This document shows, piece after piece, positions 45,281-55,900 of a stretch of DNA of 56,296 nucleotides. Under the pieces are notes generated by a model that saw only the letters and a list, made by a program, of their open reading frames with translations, made no database searches and was not told where the DNA came from. Origin of the DNA: a virus (taxonomy: Duplodnaviria; Caudoviricetes); the IMG/VR virus record IMGVR_UViG_3300045912_000306, positions 1 through 56,296 of that record, one strand, 5' to 3'. The stretch's first letter is position 1, and each line of letters starts with the position of its first letter. The position numbers and the translations under genes were made by a program.

Positions 45281-45772
45281 TCAATAACGACAGGAGCATA
45301 TTTCATTATCTGGGATTGCAAACAATTTCCATTTTCCACAAACATCACATTTTTCAATTCTTGATTTATTTTCTTTTACTTCTTTTAACCGCATCTTTGA
45401 TTTTGATATTTCCATTTCAAGCATTTCACTTGTCCAACCATTATCAGAAGCCTTCTCAAGCCACTCTTTTGGATTATCGGTATCTGCGGCTTTTTGGTGG
45501 TGTCTAAACGACAAATGTGGTATTCTCATTTCTGGAGGTATTTTAAGGTGAACTCTTCTATATTCTCTTAAAGAGTTGTAGGGTATTCCAATTCCTGCGG
45601 CTAATTTTTTAAGAGAATCTCCGCCAAACCTTTGACAATTCTTTTCTGCCCACTCACCCAACGCCCATTGGATATTGTCTTTTGCTTCTCTCAATTCAAT
45701 GCCAACAGAAATGGCTTCTTCCCAAGCCGATTTTTGGGGTGCTTGTATTATGATAGCTGGAATATCTCTCAT
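45281..45772 (-). CDS. LmbU-like DNA-binding protein
   Basis: WALGEW..GIPYNSLREY..LSFRHH pattern. Confidence 0.55.
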   Translation of the reverse strand: MRDIPAIIIQAPQKSAWEEAISVGIELREAKDNIQWALGEWAEKNCQRFGGDSLKKLAAGIGIPYNSLREYRRVHLKIPPEMRIPHLSFRHHQKAADTDNPKEWLEKASDNGWTSEMLEMEISKSKMRLKEVKENKSRIEKCDVCGKWKLFAIPDNEICSCRY

Positions 45773-46023
45773 TGCGACTCTGTAGTTGCGTTGTTAGGGA
45801 ATTCTTTTTTTAGATATTCGTCTATGGCAGATATTTTTCTAACCAAACCAATATTTAATTCACCATACGCCTGTATCTCCCAATAGTATTTTCCTTTGGC
45901 TGTCATTTTTAAATTAATCCCCTCAACAAAATTTGGTTTCTTCTCCTCGATATTATTTTGGCGTATCGGAGAATATTGTCTTATATTAGGATTTTGTCTT
46001 GATGGTATTGGCGGTATTTCCAT
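45769..46023 (-). CDS. Hypothetical protein
   Basis: KGKYYWEI motif; start uncertain. Confidence 0.55.
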   Translation of the reverse strand: MEIPPIPSRQNPNIRQYSPIRQNNIEEKKPNFVEGINLKMTAKGKYYWEIQAYGELNIGLVRKISAIDEYLKKEFPNNATTESQ

Positions 46024-46417
46024 GTTGCTTCCCAATTAATTCACCCAAAACACGGGCAAGATTTAGAGCGTGTATTATTGCAATACTGAAAGCAATGTAC
46101 GGATGTACTTTATTTTCTAAATCTTTATTGAACAATCCATATGAAGTTACTAAATAACTATTTAATGAAGTGGTGCTTATTCCAATTTTATCTGCGACAT
46201 ATTCCATTACACTTTTATTTTTTTGTTCTTTAAAAGATTTTATCTCCTGAGATACTTTTCTTAACAATATTTCAAATTCATAAACTTCTAGTGGTTTACC
46301 CTCTGCAATCTTTGACAGAAAGGACAACTCCTGCTCAGGATCGACGGGTGTTTGGGAGTCTTGTTTTGTCTCTTTATCTGATTGTTCTGTTTTTTTAGAA
46401 AGGTATATCTTCGTCAT
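45986..46417 (-). CDS. Hypothetical protein
   Basis: SD before MTKIY. Confidence 0.55.
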   Translation of the reverse strand: MTKIYLSKKTEQSDKETKQDSQTPVDPEQELSFLSKIAEGKPLEVYEFEILLRKVSQEIKSFKEQKNKSVMEYVADKIGISTTSLNSYLVTSYGLFNKDLENKVHPYIAFSIAIIHALNLARVLGELIGKQHGNTANTIKTKS

Positions 46418-46967
46418 CAAATTCTTCCTCCTTGCCATATGGCTCAGTTGGGAAAGGAACCCCATCTTTATCTTCCGTGATATTGCTCACAGATTTAACA
46501 TGTTTTTCGGCGACTGTAGTATTAGATGCTTTTGTTTGAACAATGGGAGAGTATTTAACAATCTTTGAATATTGATTCCCTGTTTTGGGAGATGTTTTTA
46601 CTTCAATCCATATCTTTAATTTTCCTCCCATCAAAACATTGGGATAAAAATCACTATTTAAATCTGGTTCCTTACCCATGACTGACTTGGCAATAGTGTA
46701 AAGGTGAGATGGGTTTCCGTTTTCCCAACCAGGGTTTAAAGACATACTTACCCAAGAAAACAACGTAACTCCACTATATTCACCACTAACTATTTTAAAC
46801 TTAAATCTCAATTGGGGCTTACCGCTTATCTTGTTTCGTTCTGGCGGAATATACGTGATATCAATTATTTCTGCGTCATAAATACCCTCTCCTATTACAG
46901 GTGAAATTTCGTCACCCCTAGGAATGTTAAACATCGGTGTAATTTTAATATCGTTTGTAATTGGCAT
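46395..46967 (-). CDS. Putative single-stranded DNA-binding protein (DUF669-like)
   Basis: EGIYDAEI OB-like core and acidic tail ending DEDIPF. Confidence 0.7.
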   Translation of the reverse strand: MPITNDIKITPMFNIPRGDEISPVIGEGIYDAEIIDITYIPPERNKISGKPQLRFKFKIVSGEYSGVTLFSWVSMSLNPGWENGNPSHLYTIAKSVMGKEPDLNSDFYPNVLMGGKLKIWIEVKTSPKTGNQYSKIVKYSPIVQTKASNTTVAEKHVKSVSNITEDKDGVPFPTEPYGKEEEFDDEDIPF

Positions 46968-47239
46968 TATTTATTTCCTCCTTTCATGACAGCGTGCTGT
47001 CTATTACCACGATTTATACCCAAAACAGAATCGTCATCTATCCAATCTGGATCAACATAATCTATTAATTGTTTTTTAACTTGTTCATTAACATATTCCC
47101 ATGCTTTTTTATAAACTTCTTCTATCTTATCTCCGTCTTCTATGGTTACGGTTATCGAAGCATCTTTGCTTATACTCGAATATCCAGGAAGACCAACCGT
47201 TCTTTTTGATGTAACTGTAATTTCTTTTACTTTTGGCAT
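46967..47239 (-). CDS. Hypothetical protein
   Basis: RTVGLPGYSS motif; coupled. Confidence 0.6.
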   Translation of the reverse strand: MPKVKEITVTSKRTVGLPGYSSISKDASITVTIEDGDKIEEVYKKAWEYVNEQVKKQLIDYVDPDWIDDDSVLGINRGNRQHAVMKGGNK

Positions 47240-47241
47240 AA

Positions 47242-47448
47242 TTAAATATTAAATTCTTTTTTAAATTCGTCTAATATACCTTTAACTACTGGCTTAGTTG
47301 TTCCGCCAAGTCTTCTAACAATTTCATTTAAAGACAATCCTTTTATATATAAAGCTAAAATTGTATTTTTTTTTACTTCGCTAAATATCTCTTGAATTTC
47401 TTTAATACTCAAATCTCTGTATTTATCCTCAATGTTATTTTCTCTCAT
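47242..47448 (-). CDS. Small HTH protein
   Basis: KGLSLNEIVRRLG; near-leaderless from the promoter at 47457-47484. Confidence 0.6.
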   Translation of the reverse strand: MRENNIEDKYRDLSIKEIQEIFSEVKKNTILALYIKGLSLNEIVRRLGGTTKPVVKGILDEFKKEFNI

Positions 47449-47480
47449 ATACTTATATATTACCACATTTTACCTGCATG

Positions 47481-47675
47481 TCAAGAGGAAATTTTAGGCT
47501 GAGAATTTTTTGCTTGTCTTCTCCTTTCTGCAACCACAGCAGAATAATTGTTTCTTCTCCACCACTCCCTTGAAGACATAAGGCTTCTTTCGGCTGAACA
47601 ACTCTTGCAGTATTTGGAGTTACCATGAAGTCTCGTTATACTTTTCCCGCAGTCTAAACACACCCTCTTTCTCAT
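47481..47675 (-). CDS. Zinc-finger protein
   Basis: CLDC..KYCKSC. Confidence 0.6.
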   Translation of the reverse strand: MRKRVCLDCGKSITRLHGNSKYCKSCSAERSLMSSREWWRRNNYSAVVAERRRQAKNSQPKISS

Positions 47676-47685
47676 ACCAGAGAAT

Positions 47686-47714
47686 ATTATATTAGACATG
47701 CCAATAATTGTCAA
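47686..47714 (-). promoter_or_regulatory. Perfect consensus sigma70 promoter
   Basis: TTGACA-17-TATAAT, 10 nt before the ATG at 47675. Confidence 0.8.
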
Positions 47715-47723
47715 CATATTATT

Positions 47724-48023
47724 TTAATCAATCCCGAAAATCTCCTTTGCCTTTTTAACAATATCGTTTTTGATAATATCATCAGAAGAATATTTTGAAT
47801 AAAATTGTGGATAAATATTGTTTTTATTTGAACCTCCGTTAGAAATGTTTTTTGTGGAATTGTATCCTTTTAATTCTTTGTCAAGCAACGTTTTAAGATA
47901 ACGATAATGCATTCTGTCAATCGTGCGGAGCGTTTCTTCCTTACTTTTTGGACGAACGTCTTTACCCTTCCATTTATCTACTAATGCTTGCATTTTTGCT
48001 TTTATTTCTTCTATTCGACTCAT
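47724..48023 (-). CDS. Hypothetical protein
   Basis: SD before MSRIE; ends AKEIFG. Confidence 0.5.
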   Translation of the reverse strand: MSRIEEIKAKMQALVDKWKGKDVRPKSKEETLRTIDRMHYRYLKTLLDKELKGYNSTKNISNGGSNKNNIYPQFYSKYSSDDIIKNDIVKKAKEIFGID

Positions 48024-48201
48024 ATTTACAAAAATCCTCATCGTTTAAAAAAAAATCCTGCTTTGTTTTATATTCCTCAGGCATTGTTTCAAGTCTCCGT
48101 TTATAAAATCTTATTAAAACGTTTTTCCGTTTATATTTCAATTTCTTAAATCTTCTTAAAATTCTATTAATGTAAGTATCAACATATATTGGTTTATACA
48201 T
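47974..48201 (-). CDS. Small basic hypothetical protein
   Basis: ORF on the coding strand. Confidence 0.4.
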   Translation of the reverse strand: MYKPIYVDTYINRILRRFKKLKYKRKNVLIRFYKRRLETMPEEYKTKQDFFLNDEDFCKYESNRRNKSKNASISR

Positions 48202-48216
48202 AGTTTTATAAATTCC

Positions 48217-48267
48217 AACTTAATTAATATTATAACTTAATTAATATTAAAACTTAATTAATATCTT
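48217..48267. repeat. Three tandem 17-bp AT-rich repeats AACTTAATTAATAT(TAT/TAA/CTT)
   Basis: Copies at 48217, 48234 and 48251. Confidence 0.85.
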
Positions 48268-48271
48268 AACT

Positions 48272-48580
48272 GTTATCCCCGACGCCACAAGAATCCCCAT
48301 AATGGTAGTTTCATCTTGTTTTTTTTCGGTTTTCTCTCCGACAAGATTTAGCAAATCGGCTATCCCAAACTACTCCGAGACAGAGTAGAAGGGAGGAACC
48401 CCCGATGCGTAAGGTTTATCCTCGCACTTTATTGAGGTGTCGGGTCATCCCCGCTTGCCAGCTCCGAATGCAGTCGGACGTAGCTTCACCCCCTCACTTA
48501 CCGCTACTTTATTTTAAGTGGTTCGTTTCCACTACCCTGCGGCCCCGTGAGCAGTAATGGTGGGTGCAGATTTTACTGCT
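48272..48580 (-). ncRNA. Candidate large structured noncoding element
   Basis: GC-rich, no long ORF, many hairpins within a GGUAGU/ACUACC closing pair. Confidence 0.45.
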
Positions 48581-48740
48581 ATTTGAAAAAAGACGTGTAA
48601 TCAATTTTAGCTGATGTTTCTTGCTTAGACGCTAACAAATACGCTGAAGTGAAAAAAACGCTTCTAGTTTCGTTTGGTGAAGCCAAAAACAAAATATTTT
48701 TGCCACCTGTTGGAGTAGAAATAAACATTACCTTTTCCAT
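48579..48740 (-). CDS. Small near-leaderless ORF (MEKVMFIST...), not in ORF track
   Basis: 53 aa, 8 nt after a TTGACA-17-TATCAT promoter. Confidence 0.35.
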   Translation of the reverse strand: MEKVMFISTPTGGKNILFLASPNETRSVFFTSAYLLASKQETSAKIDYTSFFK

Positions 48741-48822
48741 TGGTTAAGATGATAGCTGGTGTAGTGTTTATTGTCAACACGATATTTCTATATCAAACAA
48801 TATCAAACTATCGGAATTGTCT

Positions 48823-49008
48823 TTAGATGTCGTTTCTGGTTCTCCAACCAATACTTAAAGATGGTGGTTTGTCATACCACTTTATTGCTCTTATACCCCT
48901 CCATATTTTGCTTTTCTTTTCGCAATGCTTACAAGTATAAACCACAGTGAAGTCATCAGCCTTAAACTCTTTACCACACCAGGCACAATTAAATTTTTTA
49001 CGTCCCAT
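48823..49008 (-). CDS. Small zinc-ribbon protein
   Basis: CAWC..CKHC. Confidence 0.55.
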   Translation of the reverse strand: MGRKKFNCAWCGKEFKADDFTVVYTCKHCEKKSKIWRGIRAIKWYDKPPSLSIGWRTRNDI

Positions 49009-49939
49009 TTTTGTTAAGATAAAGGTCTTCGTCTCTTAGTGTTGCTGGAGCACCGTTAAATGCCCTAACGCCTTCATATTGCAATATTATTTTTGCCATT
49101 ACTGTATTCTTGTATGGGTCTTTCAAGTCTTCCCATGTGTTAATTCCATATTTTTCTAATAGTTTAGGCATTCTTCTCTTATAGTCGGCAAAGGTTCTGT
49201 TATTTATTTGCCAGAGACCAACATCTACAGAATGATATTTTCCATCAGAACCGAGAACATCGCCTTCTGCAATTGGGTTATATGATGGAGCAAAGTACGG
49301 TGCGTTGTAAGCGTCTTTATCCTCATTTGAGCTAACAATTTCTGTATCAAAATTTGGATTTTCTCCTAATCCCCAGTTTCCACCCATTTGTTTTTGGTGG
49401 GAATGTTTAATAATACTTACAGCCAACGCAGCACTCATCGGAACGCCCTGTTCCTCAAATACACTGATAACAATTCTGGCAATATCATCTGGAATACCTG
49501 GAATACGATACCCCTCTCTTTTATATTCGCTGATTATTGGTTGTTGTGTTTGGCTAGAATTAAATGTTGTTATTTGTTGTGTTTGATTTGTTTCTGGTTT
49601 CAGTTCTGGTGTTGATTGAGGTGTTGGTTGTGGTATTGTCTGCGTGTTTTTTGGATAGTAGTTGACGTCTTGCGGGGTTTGTATATTGGGCACAACCTCT
49701 TTTGGCTGTCTTACATTGTTGGATTGCCGTAAAATTGGAGGCATTGGTATCATCTCTTTTATTGATATCCCCATTCTTTGTGCGGCAGCCAACGCTTTTG
49801 CTGTTGGAGTACTCCAAAAATTTGTCCCCTGATTTGAAGTTGGGTCAAAATAATCAATTGCTCTTTGAAATATTGATTTTGGTTTGGGACTATTTTCTGA
49901 TTTTTCGATAATTTCTTTCCAATTATTTTCCATAACCAA
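48998..49939 (-). CDS. Virion-associated lysozyme-like/transglycosylase protein
   Basis: ENPNF..DVGLWQINN..DPYKNT..AKII; follows the giant ejection protein. Confidence 0.7.
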   Translation of the reverse strand: MVMENNWKEIIEKSENSPKPKSIFQRAIDYFDPTSNQGTNFWSTPTAKALAAAQRMGISIKEMIPMPPILRQSNNVRQPKEVVPNIQTPQDVNYYPKNTQTIPQPTPQSTPELKPETNQTQQITTFNSSQTQQPIISEYKREGYRIPGIPDDIARIVISVFEEQGVPMSAALAVSIIKHSHQKQMGGNWGLGENPNFDTEIVSSNEDKDAYNAPYFAPSYNPIAEGDVLGSDGKYHSVDVGLWQINNRTFADYKRRMPKLLEKYGINTWEDLKDPYKNTVMAKIILQYEGVRAFNGAPATLRDEDLYLNKNGT

Positions 49940-49942
49940 ATA

Positions 49943-52900
49943 TTATCTTTGTGTGCTAAATTTTTCAAATGGTAAAATATTTTTCAGCGGATTATCTTCC
50001 TTTTTCCTAAATGTAAATGTATTTTGTATCACTTTTTTCAATATATCTGGAACATCGTCGTTTAGAGAAGCTTGATTAGAAAAATATAATCCAGTTCTTA
50101 GTTGTACAATTTCCTGTCTTTTTTTGTTTCTCTGTTCAACCAAAAATGATATTTTTCTTTTTTTCTCCTCTATTGTATCATTAGAAGACATAACTTGCTT
50201 AATCTTAAAAGTAATATCATCTATTTCCTTCTCCTTACTTCTTATTTTGCCAAGCACCACATTTTCTCCGCCCGAATAAGCTGGCATGCCCAAACTTCTT
50301 GCAATGGCAACGCCCTTAGACGGTGGTTGTTTTATTGGATATCCAGTTTTTTCGCCAGAAAAAGCTTTTGCAATTCTTTCTGCGGCAGTTATTGAACCAG
50401 GACCAAGTTGCTTTGCCATATATTCAAGAATCTTCTTCGCCTTATCTGGGTCATAATCTCCGTCGTATATTTTCTTTGCCGTAAATGGATCGTAGTTATT
50501 TACAATATTTTGATATACCTGCAAAAATGGCTGTCCACCAGTAAATAGATTTTGTGCCTGATTAAAATCTATAAATGTCCAAGTCAGCGGTTTTTCTGGG
50601 TCTGGCAAAGAAAATGGCAATATGTAAGCAAACGACATATAAATTGGATTTCCGTTGCTGTCTAATACTGGCAATACCGTTGCTGTTTGTTTATTCTTCT
50701 GAACCCATTCTGGCATGTTTGCTTCGTATTGATTATCTGTCATATTTAGCATAACTTTCCCAAACTCCCTTACAGCTTTTAATGCAAGGAAAATTGTCAA
50801 ATAAACCCACGGTCTAGTAACAAGAACCTCCAATACTCTGGGTATCATTAAATAGAGGAAGGAAATAAAAGGAGAAATAACACCACCAACACCTTTTCTA
50901 AAAGCGTCAATAATAAGAGGAACAATTTTGTAATTAAGTTCCCACTTGTTTGCAAATTCGATTGCTTGCTCTGGTGTTAGCCCATTTCTAATTGCACACT
51001 CAGCAAGATATGTTCTTGCAATGTGGTCAATTTGCCCATAATACTGGATAATCACACTTTCCTTTATGTTCTGTCTTGTTATTTCCCGATTGTTTAATCC
51101 AAGCTTTTTCTCAACAATTTCGCCAAATTTTTTCATTGGATTGGAGGCTTTTTCAACAGATTCCATTTCTTTTGTGTTTATTTCAACATTAAAATAATCT
51201 GATCCATACAAGCCCCTATCTCTCCAAAATTTATATCTTTGCCCTTTGGTGATATAATCCTTTACGCTACCAACATATACATGTGTATTTTCTGGGTGCC
51301 ACACAGGAAAACCAGCCATATATGTTTGAATATAATGACCAGATATCCAGTTTCTAATACCAGTGTCGAGAGACAAAGATGTTTTAGATATTTTCCACCA
51401 ACTAATAATTTCACCAAAGAAATTGTTTATCCACGTGTCCTTGCCATACTTAACCATCGCAGTCAAATCTTGTTCTAATCCAGGGTGGACCCAACCACCT
51501 TTTAACGGACCAAGATCCTTGTTATACCCCTTAGAAACAATATCAGATACTGGAATAAATCCTTCTTTTTCTTCTTTAGAAAATAGTTCTGGGTTTTCTC
51601 TTATATTTCTAAGGTACACAAGTGTTGTGTAATTGTGTATTAATGACTTAAGCGTTCTGTCTAATACAGCGTCTGCTTGAGTAACCCAACCAGCCTCCTT
51701 CTTGGCAGCAAGACCAATTTCTTTCAAATCTTCATCTGACACCTTAATTACTGAACCACTATCAACAAGCTTCTTTGCATTCTTAATAATTTTCTTGGCA
51801 ATATTTGTTGGGCTTGCAAGATATATTTCAGTCCCCAAAGTTCTAGTAGATTTCATTTCTATTAGTGGCTTAAGTTTTTCTTGAGACAATATAAAATTCT
51901 CGAAAACATCAACTGCTGTTGGGGCAAGCTGTTTTGCCAATTCTCTGTCTGTCACATAAAGAGAAACAAATTCTGCAACTTGTTCGCCTCTTTTACGAAC
52001 ATATTTTTTATAACTTGGCGTTGGACTTTCGCCTAAAATAGTTTCTGCTTTACTGTATCTTAGATCCGAAACAGCTCTCAACTCATGTTTAATTGAAACT
52101 CTCTGCCTGTAGTTTTCATTTTCAAAAAACAATTTCTTCAAGTCGTACGAATAATCTATTGCGTGTCCAGCTTCGTGGGACAAAACCTTTTCGTCGTCTC
52201 CAATTATTGTCTCTATCTTATTTTCTCCCCCTAAATAATGTCCAAGTTTTTTACCCCTTAACGACAAAACCCTCCCTCTTTCTACCCCGAGAGAATCAAT
52301 AAGGTTATTTAATTGTTTCCTTAAGACCTCGTCTATAGTAACCTTTATTTTTACTTTTGGAACAGATAGATTTTTAAGAAGCGTCTGCTCATCAATACTA
52401 GCCAAATCTGTGATAGTATATTTCCCCTTCAATTGTTTGGTAATCTTTTCTGGAAATCCAAGTGCTTCCACATTTCTGTCCTCTACCTGACCATCATGGC
52501 TTAAAGCCTCGAGACCCCATTCTTCAAGCGTAAGTTTTTTCTTAAAAATGCTTGTTGACAACCTATTGGGAGAAAACCCTGCTGGTTGGCTAATAATCGG
52601 TTTTCCTTCTTTATCAATGCCATTAATATAAAATGAGCGTGTATATCTTCCAACAGTAGTTTTTGCTAAATCGACAGACCATTTTGCATCCTGTGGAGAT
52701 ATATATCCCTGTTCAACCTGATACTGGAACTCTCTCCCAATTGCAAGACTGTATTTACTTATTTCTGCACCAATATCTATCACTCTACCACGATATTTTT
52801 CTGTTACTGGAATATAACCGCTAAGCATTTCTATAAGTTTCTCGCTTTCTTCAGAAGACAATTTTCTAAGTGGTTTAATGTAATCTTCCTGCGCTCTTTG

Positions 52901-55900
52901 ATACATACCGTCAGCAATTCTCACTTTTTCTTTTAATAACCTAAATGCAACCTCAGGTCTTCCTTCTTGCGGGGTTATTTTTTTAATTATTGGGGCATTA
53001 CTAATTAATTGGACAATCCCGTCCCAAAGCTGGTATGCTTTCTTAGAGTAAATATTGTTATACACAAATGTGTTGGGACGCACCTCTTTCCCGATATACA
53101 TTTCTGGTACATATCTATTTTCTGCCTCTTTAAGTATCTCTTTTTGTAATTCATCTAGTTCTGGTTTACCCGTTGGTGGCGGGTCTCCTGCACGTCCGCC
53201 AGTTGTTGTTATAAATTGATCATTTTGTCCAGTTTTGAAGTTTACTGGATTTGTTGAAAGATTTGATAATTCTCTTAGTGTACCAACAAAATCTCCCTTG
53301 TCGTACGATACAGTTGAATCTGGGTCAACTCCTTTATTTATTAAAGCGTTTGCTACTTTTGAACCAATATTTCTCCAGTCTATTTCACTTAACTTTCCAG
53401 ATTCTCTCAGGAATTTATTTTCATCATAACTAATTTTGAAAATTGGAACTTCTCTGGCGTGTCCAATTACCAACACACGCGCATTCTCTGGAGATGTAGC
53501 TTTTCGATATTCGCTAGCTTTGACTTGTCTTACATCTCCACTATCAACGTTAACAACAGCGGCAGATTGATATGAATAATCAAAACCTTTATCTGTTATA
53601 AAAGTAGGTCTTTGAGCAAAATTACTACTAGAGACTGACACGACAGGTGTTTTCTTTTCTCTTCTGGCTCTAAATTTGGGTGGAGTTGAAGATATTTCTT
53701 CCATTAACATTTGCATAAATTCGTTTTCAGTCATTCCCAAAGCAGAAGCAACCTCATCAGAAGAGATTCCGAATTTGCTCGCTGGTATGTGTTCACGATA
53801 TAGTTCTCCAGTTTTTTTCGACCTAACATCTGCGTTTCTTCTCAGAAAACTCTTAAATTTATTAATGACTTTTAGCTCTTTTGCGCTTCCAGGATTAACA
53901 AGGTGCGAAGCCCATTTTTCTTCCCCCACCGCTTTTCTGGCTTCATTCAAAAGCTCATTTTGTTCATTCAAAAACTCATCTTGAGCATTACTTACTTCTT
54001 CGACAAGATCCTCAAATGGTGGTCTAAGTTCTTTTGGTATAACTTCATATAAAGCTTTAGCGGCATCAACATCTTCAACAAATAAAGCACCTCTAACTTC
54101 GTCTAAAATTGCGTCAACGTCTTTTTTGGTGTATTGAAAACTTTCCGTTGGTGCTTTTATGTCGGCTAAATCCTTTGAAGTTACCTGTTCAACATTCCCA
54201 TAAAAAGATTTATCAGGTTCATTTTTAAGTTCTTTAGGAATAGATACTTCTGTGGGTTTAGTTGGTGGTTGATTGAAATTTCTGGCAGTTTGATAGATTT
54301 TAGAGAGCGTCTCCTTGTCTGTTAAAGGATATTTTGTTTTATTGGCAATCAACCATTGTGCAATGTCAGAGGTTAAATTATCGTGTGAAGAAGTGTGTCC
54401 TAATCCACGACCATTTTGTAACTCAATGTAATGAGCTAGTTCATGGGAAAAACTTTCTATATCTCCAAGTCCGTTATCATAAACAATTATTTTTCTTGGG
54501 GTTTCTTTTGCTTCTTTGCCACCATTACTAACTTTTGCAGTAACAAGAGATGCTTTCCCTCCACCCCGACTAAGTGGTTCTGTGCTTATTACAACTGGTA
54601 TTTTAGGAACACCCCAAGTCTTACTAACCTCATCCATTATGTTGTTGTATTGTTCTAAAAGAGTGTCTCTAATAAAACCATTAGTACCAACGCCCTGCTT
54701 AATTATCTTTTGAGCATATTTAAATTCTTTGGGATATTGTTGAGCTATTTGTGGTAAATCTTTTGCAATATCAACACCAGCTGTTTGCTGTGTTGTCGTT
54801 TGTATTGGTGTTTGTTGACCCATTTGAGTTTGGTTTGGCTGGGTGACTTGTTGTCCCTCTAAGTTTCCGAGCGGCGTCCCCTCAAGACCACTGCCTGTTC
54901 CACTAGGAAGATTAGCTCTTGCCTGTTCTATTTTGTTTTGCACTACTCTGCTGATCTCTGATTGTGGATTAAATTCTGGCGGTAATGTTGTTTGTTCTCT
55001 AACATTTGTTTGCGGTTGATTTACTTTAACAATAGCACCATCACCGGGCTTGGTCTCTGGCTGTTTTTTCCACAAGTTTTTAATCCAGTTTTTAAGATTA
55101 TCAAAAGAAGTTAATATACCAGAAGGCGGTTCGGCGGAAGTAACTTTTCTAAAATCTTCCATAAAAGATTTGAATTCGTCTGGATTACCACCCTTATCTG
55201 GGTGAAGTCTTTTAACCACATCGGCAAATTTAGATCTAAGGATTTCAGGGCTTTCATAGTCTTTTAATTCAAAACCATACTTTTTCAATCTATTTCTTGC
55301 AAATGCAAGTTCTGTTGTTGGAACACCATTTAGCGGAGTTGGTCTTGTGCTAAGTGCGCCCAAAAATGCACTTGTAGCAAACGTTTCTGCTGTGTTTCTG
55401 GGAGTTATTTCTTCTCCTGACATCTTTTTAAGAGCGGTGTTAATTGCTGTCCAAAGCGTTCCGAACGAGACAGCGTTTTTAGCAATATCCTGAGGTGATG
55501 CTCCGATTGGAAGCCTAAATGGTATTTGTCCGCTCATCAATCCACGCATAAACATTGCATTCAAAACAGACGAAACATCACTTGATACAGCTCTACCAAC
55601 ACGCCCGCCTTTCCACGATTCTGGTTGGAAAAATTCTTTTATTTTTAGCGGAGTTTCTTCTTCGCCTGGTTTTAATTCTCCAGAACCAAAGAATCCTTTT
55701 TGTGTCATTATTGCTACCTTTTTATCTTTACTAACTGGAATAGCCAATTCAGCATTACCAACACTTTCTGCTAATTTTCCTAGACCAAGCACATCTTTAT
55801 AGAAGCGAGTTGTTTCTTCCTGTTTTTTCTTTATAGTATTTTTATAAGAATCAATGAAGTTTTCTGTATTTTTTATTGCTGGTCCTAAAATATATTTTTC

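Noticed and set aside
48470-48495. tmRNA 5' end (GGGGGTGAA...CGAC)
   Set aside because: No matching T-arm/CCA 3' end or tag reading frame was found.
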